From Bugula neritina (taxonomy: Eukaryota > Animalia > Bryozoa): 64,000 nt of DNA. This document shows, piece after piece, positions 21,801-34,684 of the stretch. Each line of letters begins with the position of its first letter. The stretch's first letter is position 1. The notes under the pieces are model-generated. The model was given only the letters and a program-made list of their open reading frames with translations, was not told the origin of the DNA and made no database searches. A program made the position numbers and the translations under genes. The stretch covers positions 12,657,675 through 12,721,674 of the forward strand of contig OZ037768.1 in NCBI GenBank assembly GCA_964035545.1, in the 5' to 3' direction.

Positions 21801-24286
21801 GGTGCATTGGGGTTAATCCGTCCTAAAATATACCATAGCAGTAGCAACTCAATCAAATATTCAATATTCAATATTCAAATAATATTTAATAAGAAAAGCT
21901 TTCAATTTTATGTTTTCCACTTCATGATAAGGGTCATAGTTCATGATAATAATCAGTTGGTATAACAGTTGCAGTTGTAACGTTAAGGGCACAGTTTGTG
22001 TTGTCACATTATTTTAGTAACTTGGAGTTGATTTTCTTAGATTTGTAGCTTCTCTACTTACGAGCTGATTTAAAATAAAAGTTATCAGCTTCTTTGACAG
22101 ATTCAGGACCTTGATTTAAATCATTTATAAATAAAACTTATCAACTATTAATCACTTATAAAATAGATATCTGCTGAATAAAAATTTAATGGAAGTTTGA
22201 ATAAAGAAACTTAAAACAGCAAATGTTGAGATAGTATGCTGCCGCACTGGCAGTTGATCACAAGAAGTAACTGTAACATCGCTAGCTGTTCGGAAAAGGT
22301 AGACTTACTTTGGTATAACAGTTGGGACTAGCACCATTTTCCAACAGCATCGATACAATATCACTGAGTCCATCCATAGCGGCAATGTGTAGGGGGGTGA
22401 ACCCATCTTCCGACTCTGCGCTTACTCCTGCGCCATACTCAATCAGAGCACAGACCGTATCCATGTCACCTTTTCCCACAGCATAATGTAGAGGCGTGTA
22501 GCCATTCTGTAAACACAATTACTAGTAACCGTTCAGTAGACTTTATGAATCATCAGAGATTAGAAAAAAGAATATAATTAACAAGATGTAAGCACTCTTA
22601 CTAACATTATGATGAGGGTTTCTAGATTCAAGAAAATATAACAATTCTTTTTATAGGTTATGTAGTTCAACAGTAAGCAGAACATTAACATGGCCATTTA
22701 CAATGTAGATAATTTTTAATCATAAAAAGTAATGAAGCTAACATACATTGATCAAACAGACTCCAAAATGTTCATAATTTTGCTGAGCTATCACAAGTTT
22801 AGCAGAATAATTTTCACCTTAGCCCTGCTGTCAGGGGAGACACCATATTTCTCCAGCAGAAGTAAAACTATTGCAGCTTGACCATGCTGAGCAGCTAGGT
22901 GCAGAGCTGTATGTCCATCATCATTTTTGAGTTCAGGCTTTGCGCCTTTTTGGAGTAACATCCTTGTTACTGTCTGTTGATTGTTTTCAATGCTGACATG
23001 GAGAGGCGTCAATCCATTCTACAAGCACCAGTATGCACTGTGTCTACATGTAACTCAAAATAATTTAGGAGTAAATTCTACAACAATTGAAAGTAAATTT
23101 TGGTAGACTGGCTTTTACCAGTTCTAATCAACATACACAGCAAACGGTTGTTCTCAGGTGGAGGAACTGAATACACTAAATTGTTACCTTAGTCATGGAA
23201 TCGAATAGTTTTGAATGCTTTGGAAATGAAATGATAACTCGTTCAATTCCTTCTTTTGCTGCTGCATGCAGCAGGGAATAGTTATCTCTAGCCTCAGCAT
23301 TCACATTAAACTCACGCTGCAACAGAAACAGTACACTATTTACACTACTCACTACTTCAACTCTTGTTGTTACATAATAAACAAACATTATTTGTATAGC
23401 TATACAGGTTTCTCAAAGTAGTGATGAAACAGAAAAGTAAAGCACCATTTCCAAAATAGTCCACCAGGAACTTCAAGTCTTCTCAATTGAAAACTAAATG
23501 TGAAAGTGAAAGTAATTGCAGTGTAGTTCTACAGTTACTCCTAACTCTTTAAGTTTAGTGTGTGCTTACTGAAGATGGGTCTTCATTGTCCAGAGAAGAG
23601 GGTGTATGTAGTTGACTACTACTGATCTCACTCTGATCAATAGATAGTTCCTCACTGTCAACCTCTATTTCAGATTCACTAGCTCGGCAACATACTAAAA
23701 GTGACAATACTGTCATGTATAAACTCGGATATATTCATTTTACAATCTGATTTAAAGAGGTCTATGGGATTTGAATACCACTTCAAAATATCAAACACAC
23801 CATTAGCCGATCTTTTAACTTTATGCCTAGATCCTAGTTACTAGATTTACTGTATCCCTTTGCCCAAAACAAAATAGTACGTAAAAAAATTAGTAATACT
23901 GTTTCATCTTCCTCTAATGGGACTATATTCACCAGATTGATGTGTATTTTACTGTGCGCAAACACTTTAATGAAAATATTTAAACTTCTGCCTGATTGTT
24001 TATAATGATGGCAAGATGATATGGCCAGATTGCCATATAGTAATGCAGGCAGCTTTAATTAGACAAACTGAGAAGGATATGACAAACATTCATATGATAC
24101 AGTCACTATAAGAGTGTACATACATGTAGCTGATTAATATATTTATATTGGAACAAAATCAGCTAAACCTAAGTGACTAAGATATATATAGTGTTAGACA
24201 AGTTTGCAAATTATTTAGCTTTGCATACAAAACTTACCCAAATTGGTAATTGAGGCCCGAAAGCTTCTGAATAATTCTAATATCAT
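18860..24286 (-). CDS. Short ankyrin-derived protein, copy A (about 6 ANK repeats + one ZU5), 12 exons, 499 aa predicted
   Basis: Exons 24286-24238, 23694-23570, 23316-23188, 23018-22818, 22506-22309, 21822-21703, 20969-20891, 20574-20445, 20255-20235, 20017-19805, 19628-19513, 18978-18860. All junctions are GT-AG and phase-consistent (1500 nt). Motifs: TPLH repeats, FLVDARGG, SDDGVTWQEH, RIVT. Confidence 0.85.
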
Positions 24287-25667
24287 TTTCGCAGTATAAA
24301 CATATTAACACTCAACATAATATTAAGACAATAATGTTTTCAACAGAAATGTAGACTAATAATTATGATGTAAGCAGTTTCTGTTGTGGGTAGTATTATG
24401 ATTGTGATGTCATACAACAATGGTATCCCAATTTAAATGTAGCAAATATTTCAATTTATTATTACATTAACTTTAATATCTTATTATTAGGACTTATAAG
24501 CAACAATTGCAAGGTTTTCATACTTCGCAAAGTGGTAGACAGTTTGTATTTAATTTGAATTTTAATAAAAAATTATTGAAATTCATATAAATTTGGTACT
24601 TGCAGGACAATTGGATGAATAAAGTGAATAAATTAAGTGAATAATTTTTTAAATAACTTTTTCACTGCAGGTTTTTAAAAACCTAATATAAGAACAAATT
24701 TGAGAAAGCAGTACTATGTTCAGCATGTTTTCCTATATACTTATCTGTTGGAGCATGTGAAGCCGTCTGCAACTTGAGTAAATTATAATAGCGCTAAATT
24801 TCTAATGGTAAATGTAATTATGAACGAACTAATATCAATGAACTTATTAAAATTCTATGACTGTAATATAACATACATAATATATGAAAACTGACCAGAG
24901 CTACAATTCAATAACTTGTGAGAGAGTTATCTTTTTGTACACCCATGACCATTCCACCCCCCCCCTCCCCCCTACTATTATTTGAATAACCTGTGAGAGA
25001 GAGTTATCTCCTCTCTACTATATTGACTGCTCTTATGAATCTCAAATGAAATGGAATTCTATAAACCAACTTCAAACTTATGTCAGACTGCACTGGGTAG
25101 TCAGAAAGATACTTTATAGTTCAGTTGCTTTATTAGAATAGAAAGCCATTAATGTACCCCATGTAGTGCAAAGTAACTGTTACTCATTGCTTTGCTGTTT
25201 TTAAATAAAAACCTGAAAAATCAGTCATGTTATATTAGTTTTCAGATTCACAGTCCGATGTGAATAGATCTATTCTCAAATACAACATTTTTAACAAGAA
25301 TACAGTATATCAATATCAATAACATGCTATTAGTAATTCAAGTTTATCCAAAAACTAGGCTGCTTGACTAGTGCCAACATGTCACATGACTAATTTTGAA
25401 ACTGATTTGCAAGTTCTAAAACATGCTGACAGTATACTACTAGAAGTAATATAGAGTAAACTATATATTAGTCTTGAAAGGTATATACTATATATGATGA
25501 ACTGTTTTTAATTGTCAATAGAAAGCCAGTACTGTGGAATATTCAGTCTTATAAAGGTAGAAAATATACAACGACTGCTACCACAGAGCCATCAGTACTG
25601 TATGATGGATAATATTATAAACAATTCTACAATAACAAATGTATGAATGAGATGGTAATGTACATAA

Positions 25668-27697
25668 CAGGGTTGGGGTAATTGTAATTGGTTGTAATAA
25701 ATTACATTTTTTCAAGTAATTGAATGTAATTTGTAATTAATAATTGTAATTAATTACATTGCCAATGTAATTGATTTTTACAATTACTATATAATTACAT
25801 GTCAATTACTTCAAACTTAAAAAATGTCCTACTTATTCTACCATGCCTACTGTTGAATAACAAGTTCAGATTAGGTCTAGGTCAGTGGTTCCCAACCTGT
25901 GGGGAATTCTCCCTAGGGGGGAATTTGGACATTTTAGGGAGGATTTGGATTTTAAAAAATTCACGAACTTTGTTGAAGGCTTTTTGAGCTCTTGCACATT
26001 ACATAAGTATATATGCATATCTATAAATCTTTTTTTAGTTCATCTATTTAACCAAACCATATTCTGCAATCTTAGTTTACTTCTACATTAATGTGTTTAT
26101 TAGTTACTCTATCCTAACTGTTCTCTTCGCTATTTCCGATGGAGGTCAAAAAATTTGCAAAAACCAACAGGCCAACTTTTAGCAGCTATGCAAGTCAATT
26201 TCTATAAATTGTATGTACTACATACTTGGTGAATATAATATTTTCTACACTAAATAATCTGAACCTAAAAATGCAGGAAACCTGTTCTAATTTTAGGCAA
26301 AAATGGCACAGGTAAAAATCGCACACTGGTGTTAAATTTTTCCAAACCCAAAAACCCAAACCTCCAAACTCCTTATTCTGAATGCCTAACCCCCAATTCA
26401 AATCTCCAATGCTAAAGTTGAAAATGTGCCATTTTTATTTAATTTTTCCATTTGTGCCAATAATGCTACTTTTACATGTGCCATTTTACCGGACACCACC
26501 TGTTCTCTCTACTCTCATCTCTGAACTGTTAATGAAGTTTTAACAATATTTCTCTAAGCTACCTCCCAAAAAGAAAGAGCTAGATTCTCAACTTGAAATG
26601 TGACTCATTGCAACGCTTTGTTGAAAAGTTTTTAGAGAAATCATAGGAGGATTTCATTGAGTTGGTTCACAATTTAGCAATGAAGGATGATTTGAAGCTA
26701 TCTCCAATTGATGGATTGTGGGTGGTGTCCAGTAGAAATGGTATAGGTAATAATGGCACAAATGGAAAAGTAGGTAAAAATGGCACATGTTTGCAATGTT
26801 GGGGTGGGGGTTCGGAGTTTAAAAAAAGGGTTTGAGGTAAAAATTTTAGGTTTCTACTTGAGGTTCTGGAGTTTGAGGGTGGGGGTTTGAGTTAGAGGGT
26901 AGGGGGTTTGGGTTCAAAGATTGGGGGTTTGAGTTTGGAAAAATTTCACATCAGTGTGCCACTTTTACATGTGCCATTTTGACCTAAAGTATTTCTGGGT
27001 TTCAACAAGCAAACTCTTCCCACACATAGCTGACAAATCAAGGTTTTGGTACCATCTAGCACCACCTATCTGTGTGAGGTAAGATTCTCATCGATTCAAA
27101 GAGAAAAGAAACTGCCTTAACCCGCAGAGTGACTAAAGATGGGCCTGGTCATAAACAGAGTCGGACTTAACCAAGATGGCACAAAAGCATCAACTGAAGT
27201 CATAACATTAATAATTGGACTGCTCTGTGTTTTATAACACAAAAATAATGATAATATTACTATTAAGATAATTATATTATATGCAAATATAATAGAACAA
27301 AATATATTGCATTGTATCATATATTCTCATTCAGTAAGTCATAAAATCTTTTCGCTCTTTGAATGGAGGGGGGGGAATTAATAGTCAACATTTATGAAAG
27401 AGGGGGATAGTCTGAAAAAGGTTGGGAATCACTGGTCTAGGTAGTATAGTATCACTGTTGAGAACAAAGGAGGTTCACTCCTGTCAAAATTGCCCCTGGT
27501 AGTTGGACACTATAAGTGAGCTTGCAGAACTTCTATTTATTGCTTGTAAGAACAAAAGTAATTGTAATTAATTACATTGTCAAGTAATTGTAATTGTAAT
27601 TAATTTCATTACTTTTTATCTGTAATTATAATTGTAATTGACAAATTTTGATGTAATTATAATTAATTACATTCACATGTAATTGACCCCAACCCTG
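25668..27697. mobile_element. hAT-type MITE (CAGGGTTGGGG TIR, GTAATT-rich arms) containing a nested element
   Basis: 8-bp TSD GTACATAA; the empty site is present in the paralog near 56409. Confidence 0.85.
25883..27434 (+). mobile_element. Nested hAT Buster/Charlie-like deletion derivative
   Basis: TIRs CAGTGGTTCCCAACCT / AGGTTGGGAATCACTG; 8-bp TSD GTCTAGGT; residual STTYLCEVRFS (hAT dimerisation-like) near 27057. Confidence 0.8.
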
Positions 27698-29446
27698 GTA
27701 CATAACCAACCAGTGTCATTAGGTCAAAAGAACTGCCCAATCAGCTGTCTTCACACTTGTCACTTTGTAAACAAAATAACTAAATGCGTTTGCTGCAAAA
27801 ACTACTTCCTTTCCCACATCAACCTGATTTCTTGTGATGAAAAATAAATGAAGTGAGGAGGCAACTTCAGGATGATAATTACTAGTTTCTTATGAGATAT
27901 CATAACCAGTAACATAAACCAAGGCTTGGGGAATAAACTGAAAGATAAGAAAAGAGTTTGACAGGATAAACATACCTGACAAAAAGGTTAAGTTGAATTG
28001 AACAAAAATGAAAGCAGAGAAAAGCTGCACTAGTTCTTGTGCCTGATGTCACAGTAATTGAATTGACAAATATTATTGGTCAAAACAGTGTTATCTTATG
28101 CTATCACTTTGATAGGTTTTTCAACATTTCCACATATTCTTGCTTTGGCACGTGTTTGAATTTTGGGAATCGGAAAGTTCTGAAGTTGTCCCTACTTGAT
28201 ATAATATAACAGACAAGTCTGAAGCATTGACTGCATCAGCTTACAAAATGTCATAGGAGGGACATAACTCCTACTATATACATAATACCTGTTCAGTTGA
28301 GTTGGTAGAATAGAACTTTTTTCTCATCAGATCTGGGTACAATCAAAATGTCTTTATACACATGGAGATCAAATGAACTACTATCACTCTTAACAGTTGC
28401 CTCTTCTAGCATGGATATCTGTCTACCTACATTATAACAAGTTTACTGTAGATAATAGCTTAAATATAATATATATCCAGAAATTTAAGGAAAACTACAC
28501 GCGCCTACAAATTGTTTTCATATATTTTAGTCCAGTGCTAACCACACTATATTCCAGGGTTGGAGTAGTTGCAATTTGTAATTGTAATTGATAGTAATTA
28601 ATCACATTTTTTCAAATAATTGAATGTAATTAGTAATTGATGTGTAAAAACGTATATGTAACAACAATATCAGGAAACTCAAGCAAAAGATTTGGCCCTA
28701 CATTCTCCTCCATTTGCCCATAAAAGCATTTCACAATAAAGTGAATTTATAGCAATTGTGACCATCACGTGGAAAAGCTGAGAAACAACAAAATAAACAG
28801 TCATCAACTGATTCAACAAAGAGTTATGGGAAGGAATTACCTCATCATGTTTTCTAAAAAATAGTTTACTGCACACAGTGCAGTAGATCACTGCTGGTAC
28901 TTTCTCTATCCCTTTCTTTGTGCAGATGGCACATGTCACAGAGTTGTCCTCTACATCAGCAGAAGGCAGGCTTTCTACACTAACGTCAAATACTTCCCCA
29001 AAGAACAACACATAGGCTGAATAAAACTTCTGAAATGATCATTCTGGATACATTACAATAGAGTGGCACTGGATACTTTTTATAATTGTTAGAAATCTAA
29101 ATGTTGCTTAAATTTACTTAGCATGGATTATATTTGTTTTATAATGACTATGCAATGTTTTGTTACTTGCTAAAATATATAATCTAATGTAAATGTGTTT
29201 CCAGCTGTCAATGTGCAGCATATGCTACCCAAGAATCACTATGCAAAAGTGTACCTTCGTTTTAGATTACACGTTCACCTGACTGCTAATTATATTTTTA
29301 AACAATAAAGAAAATCACAATTTTTGAAAAATAAATTGCCTACAAATAAATAGTAAAATTAAATTTAAAGCTTAGTTGGTTAGTAGTAATTATAATATTA
29401 ATACTAATAATAATACCATAACTATTATTACTAGTAGTAATGCTAT

Positions 29447-29998
29447 TGTTATAACGGGATCTTGTGGTATCCAGCTACAACTTACTGTATAGCTGTTACT
29501 AATATGGCCTTAGTGATTTACTTTAACAGTATTATATGCATATAATTTATGGTAATTACCTTGTAGATTGTGGATGACTCCTCTTGTTCTGGGTACGTCT
29601 ACCTGAAGCTGGGTCTTACAGAGAAGTGACTTCAGATAGCTGTTGGGTGTAGCAAGATACTTCTTGCCGGTTAGTTCCACGTCAGCTAGCAGTCAGGATA
29701 GGTTACTGCCTTTACAAGGGTGGCTGCATCTCCATATAAGGATAAAGCCACGCAGCTGCAGGATCAGGGTGTTTGACGTATGGGAACTGGCTTCAAAGCG
29801 AAAATGTAATTGTAATTACAACGAAATTAGTAAATGTTACAGACAGTAGGAGACAGCTTGGCTATTGTGATGACATTAATTGTCTCTAGTCTGCATACCA
29901 ATAGAAAGTTATTTTATGTGGAGTAGAGCTGGGCGTTGGGAGATGAGAATGTAGAATGAGAATTGAATAAATCTAAAGTCCATAATTCCACTACAACA
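29447..29998 (+). mobile_element. Solo LTR
   Basis: TGTTATA...TACAACA, 4-bp TSD CTAT, AATAAA near the 3' end; absent from the paralogous unit. Confidence 0.6.
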
Positions 29999-30002
29999 CT
30001 AT

Positions 30003-30360
30003 TACTAATATTAGTAGTAGTAGTGGTAGTAGTAGCAGCAGCAACACTAACAGTAACAGTAACTGAGTAAGTGTAACACTAACAGTGGCACTAGTATTCT
30101 GACGGTATTACTAGCACTACTACTTGTAGTAGTAGTAATACTATTATATTAGTATTACAATTAGTATTACTATTACTATTACTATTAGTATTAGCAGTAA
30201 CAGTAGTAGCAGTAGACCTAGTACTAGTAGTAGTGTAGTAGTATTACTATTACCATTACTATTAGTATAAGTGTTAGTAATAGCAGTAACAGCAGCAGTA
30301 CTACAACTACTACTACTAGCGATAATAGTACTAGTACTAGTAGTAGTAGCAGTAGTACTA
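30003..30360. repeat. Degenerate (AGT/TAG)n low-complexity tract
   Basis: Direct reading; a shorter paralog lies at about 58005-58110. Confidence 0.8.
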
Positions 30361-31253
30361 CCGTACCAGAACTAGAACTGAGGGTGAGACTGAGAGCAGA
30401 CTCAGACTGTAGACTGTGTAGTCACTGTAGAGTGTCAGTGTAACTGTAGAGTTGGAGTACCCTTAGACGACGACATAGTTTTAGTCTAGTAGAAAATTAA
30501 TTACTGAGTAGTAACTTACCAGTTACACATACTTATAGAGATAGCAATTACATTTACTGTATCGATATAACTACGCAAGGGTTGCAGAATTGCTAACATT
30601 CAGTATAAATTATTTATCAGTTTGACTTGAAAGCAAAAATTTAGGTTTATGTTTACACGTGCTGGAAAGCTCTTGCGTTTGTTGAGAGAGAATAACTCCG
30701 GTTACTTTAAAATTGCATAAATCATTTCTCATAGCTACATAAGTTACATCTATTGGATAAGTTTGAGTACGATTAACAAATTTTTAAAATATTCTATTTT
30801 AGGCTGAATTTTGTGTTGCTTTCTCTTTAAGTCCAGATGTGTCTGCTGAGCTATGTTGGCTTTTTCTGTATGTAAATGCTTATACAAAGACTTAATATAC
30901 CAGGCAACTGTGAGTTGTGACAAGACATGACAATGACTCCAGCCAATCATCGCTATGAGAAATATGTAATTGTAAAACAATCGGGGTTATCCTCCCTTAG
31001 CAAACGCAAAAAAGCATAAAAGTAAGTTTTGCTTGCGCATTTAACTGACGCTAGTTAAGACATCCCAGCGTAGAAATACACAAACAATGTAAATTCCATA
31101 ACAAAATCACTCAACCGTACACCGCGACGACCTGATAAGTGTAGCTTGCATTACGCGAAACAAATTTATAGTCGATTTAAGCCCCCTGAATGAATATATT
31201 TAAGTTTATTATATCCGAAATAGTATCAATACAAATATATATATATATATATA

Positions 31254-31289
<36 letters not shown>

Positions 31290-31292
<3 letters not shown>

Positions 31293-33102
31293 GGATGTAG
31301 TGGTAAAAATATTCTAGGCCATACTCTCAGGCCGGGGATCCAGGGGGCCGCCCAGGCCCCCGGCGGGGTCCGGGGCAGCGCCCCGGCCGCCGAAGCCCTC
31401 AGAGTGCTTCTGATGCAAATTTATGCAATTTAAAGCCATTATGAATTATGATTCTTCTGAAAAAAATCTGTGTTGAAATGTGCACCTCGCTATTATTTTC
31501 ATACCATACCAGCTACATGACGACTGGGCATTGCTGCAAACTATATAAATATTCAGTCTTGTCCCATAGCTGTTGACTGTAATGTAATGTAATGTAGTCT
31601 TACTCAACTGCAGTTAGGTTTGTTCTGACATTAAGTCCAACCTGTACAGAAAAATTGCTGAATATCTCAAAAAGATGGAAGGATAGAGGCAGGTAACAAG
31701 TGCTCTCCAAATGCAACCTGATTACTTTAAATAACTAATACACTGCCGTGCATAGAAAAAGAATAATAGTTCAGAACAGAGGAAGACTGCTAATCAGAAA
31801 ATGTGTGTTGATTATTTATAAAGAGCAATTTGAATTGATAACTCATTGGCATGCAGAAATTGGTTGAAAACCTATTTGGAGTTTATTAGAGTACTAGTCT
31901 AATCCATAAGGTGATACCGCCACACCTCCTTACACACAATAAAGCACACCCAAGAAGAGTATGTTAACTTGGTTTTAAAATAAAAACCCCTGAGCTTCCA
32001 CTAGATATATCAAGGAAATATACCCCAAAAGAACAAATTTGACAGATTTAATATGTGTTAACCTAGAAGATGATTAAATGTAAAGCATGCAGACGTTAGT
32101 ACAATCAAACATAAAAGGTTACTTATGGTGGTGTACAGTTTGCAAAACCTTATTGCATTGATGATTAATATGCAATAGTGTTAGGTTTTTGACGAAAATG
32201 TGGATATAGTAGGTACCTGTAGACCTCAGTGATAAATTTTCATTAGCCTCTCCTACACACCTGGTACTGTTTCTTGAAGACATTTTGATTTTATTTCTGG
32301 ATTTCATGTTGGTTTTTTCTAAATTCCATTGCTTAATGACAAAATGCAAGTCCACACAAGATAGATAAGGGCAACCTTCTAGCTGTCACTGCCTTGCTTA
32401 GGCCACATCATTGGTATGTTATAAAAATTCAGTCCTGCCAAATAACCTCACTTAATTGTGCTAGAATTAAAATTTAAAAACCATGTTTTAGATCTTCCTG
32501 GTCCCCAGAGCACCTGCTTTTTCGAGTTTTCAATATTTCTTTGTAAAGTTATAGACAAAAATCTACCCATTTTTGGCCAATTTTACCTGAAAAATTTATT
32601 TTTCAATCCCTGCCAAATATCTCAGCAGGAAAGCATGGTATTCGAATAGAACAAACACTGTCGGAAACCTGAGAAATTTATGCATGGCAAATGTTTTGAT
32701 CTTTTCAATAGCCTTCATAGATTTTCTACAAGTTAGTGATTTATACACCGAAAATGAAAGATTTTAAGTCCTTAGTAATCACCAATGCACAGCACTTCGC
32801 GCTTCAGTGAATACGTAGAGATGAGAAGACGGAATGTTGATAGCTCTTATTATTCATAGTGTAATCTCAGGCTAAACAATCACAAGTAGGCAACACGCAT
32901 GCCACCCACATAGCATTACCATAACAAGAACTTGAATTAAATTGTGAGCGAAATTTATGATATTCTCAGTGAGGATGCCCAAACTATCCTGTGCACTAAT
33001 CATCTTTCAAAAATATGCCCATACGGGCGTATGGCCTAGAACAGTCTATTTTCTTCTAGGCCATGCGGCGTATGGGACCGTATGGGTACCACTACATCCC
33101 TG
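31290..33102. mobile_element. hAT-like non-autonomous element inserted in (TA)n
   Basis: TIRs CAGGGATGTAGTGGTA / TACCACTACATCCCTG flanked by TA repeats; GC-rich subterminal region. Confidence 0.75.
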
Positions 33103-33121
33103 TATATATATATATATATAT

Positions 33122-33600
33122 TTAAAGGAATCCACCATCGAAAAGTAGCCGAAGCTCTCTACAATAAACAAATAAAACCGCAACTCAATAAACAAAATTA
33201 CTCCATACCACTAAAACTATATCAATAGCTCCACACTACTCAACTCTCACATAGTTTCACTAATTCTTGCTGTTTTTATATTTGGATATCTATTTTTTTT
33301 TTATCAATTCTAATTTATTTTCATGCAAAAAAATCAGTATAATTTTTGACCTGCGTCATATATAAAATAAGATTATCTCCCTAAGTTTCAATAATTTACA
33401 ATAACTGCCACTCTCTATTCTTTGTGTCATGCATAACGTCTAACGTAACATACTAATTTTTGAATTTCATTCATTGCTACTCTGAAGATGGGTACAGTGG
33501 TACCCGAAATATCAGTGTAATTACTTTACCTAATACAGTAAAAAAACAACAATGTTTTTCGTATACCTATTTATAATCAAATTACTAGCTCGTAAAGATA
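33122..33600 (+). mobile_element. Penelope-like element remnant (GIY-YIG C-terminus + pLTR)
   Basis: Reads HHRKVAEALYNKQIKPQLNKQNYSIPLKLYQ* (stop 33226-33228), followed by a hammerhead motif; flanked by (TA)n. Confidence 0.75.
33473..33521 (+). ncRNA. Minimal type I hammerhead ribozyme
   Basis: ATTGCTACT-CTGAAGA-T-GGGTAC(AGTG)GTACCC-GAAA-TA-TC-AGTGTAAT; predicted cleavage after C33513. Confidence 0.8.
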
Positions 33601-33604
33601 TATT

Positions 33605-33685
<81 letters not shown>

Positions 33686-33770
33686 TGACAGTTTTTGGAT
33701 ATGTGTTCGTAGTGATCAGTTGTATTCTTTCCAAACAAAGATATTTTAGCGAGCTTTAAGTACAATACTA

Positions 33771-34084
33771 TTACACACAGGTCTAGGGGTTTAAGCGTTT
33801 GCTTTATAAACACGAAGTTGTGGGTTCGAACCCTGACAAAGGCCATTGGTGATGTTAGGAAGAGCATCCAGTCATAGTTGCTCCTGTGCCTCATTTAAAC
33901 AAGTCCTTAGCCCAACAAAGGCCATTGGTGATGTTAGGAAGGGCTAAGGACTTGTTTAAATGAGGCACGGGAGCAATTATGACTGGATGCTCTTCCTAAC
34001 ATCACCAGTGACCTTTGTCGTGTTCGAACCCACAACTTCGTGTTTATAAAGCAAACGCTTAAACCCCTAGACCTGTGTGTGTAA
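33771..34084. repeat. Palindrome of a tRNA-derived SINE-like head (about 143-bp arms, 27-nt loop)
   Basis: Arms 33771-33913 and 33941-34084 are reverse complements; B-box-like GGTTCGAACC. Confidence 0.75.
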
Positions 34085-34428
34085 GCCTAGGGCCACACGG
34101 TGCGTATTTTTGCATGCGAAAATTGAAATCACAAGTAGCAAAGGTGTCCACTGTGCGCGTTGAGAAAAAGTTCGCACTTGCGTTGAAAATGCTGAGCGAC
34201 AAGTGCGAATCGTTTCTGTCATCGTCACCTAATTGGCTGGTAGCTATTCAGCGAGCCTAATTTCTTTAATTTAGTGCTACTTTCCAGCAAATTGCGTTCT
34301 ATTGAAAGCGAGTGCGATTTAAAAATGAAAGCTTTATTTATCACGCATCACTGACGCTACAGTGGACACCTTTGCTACTTGTGACTTCAATTTTCACATG
34401 CGAAAATACGCACCGTGTGGCCCTAGGC
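34085..34428. mobile_element. PIF/Harbinger (Tourist-like) MITE
   Basis: Long TIRs GCCTAGGGCCACACGGTGCGTATTT; TSD TAA. Confidence 0.8.
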
Positions 34429-34492
34429 TAATAGTCCTTTCCATCAGGGGTTTCTCAGAGGAATAGTGACTATAAACTTGCGTGAGTATTTT

Positions 34493-34684
<192 letters not shown>

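Larger units (their letters stand above)
28293..30530 (-). pseudogene. B-box (TRIM-like) gene remnant, copy A
   Basis: ATG mini-exon 30530-30520, B-box exon 28997-28841 (CAIC...YCTVC..LFFRKH), terminal exon ...DLHVYKDILIVPRSDEKKVLFYQLN*. The exon-2 acceptor CAG is changed to TGG and one Cys is changed to Phe relative to copy B. Confidence 0.6.

Noticed and set aside
23570-28997. A single B-box-ANK-ZU5 fusion protein
   Set aside because: The B-box exon ends in phase 0 while ankyrin exon 2 starts in phase 1; an intervening terminal exon has a stop, and the ankyrin gene has its own in-phase ATG exon.
33780-33835. tRNA gene
   Set aside because: Only A/B-box-like motifs are present; there is no convincing acceptor stem and it runs into SINE-like sequence.
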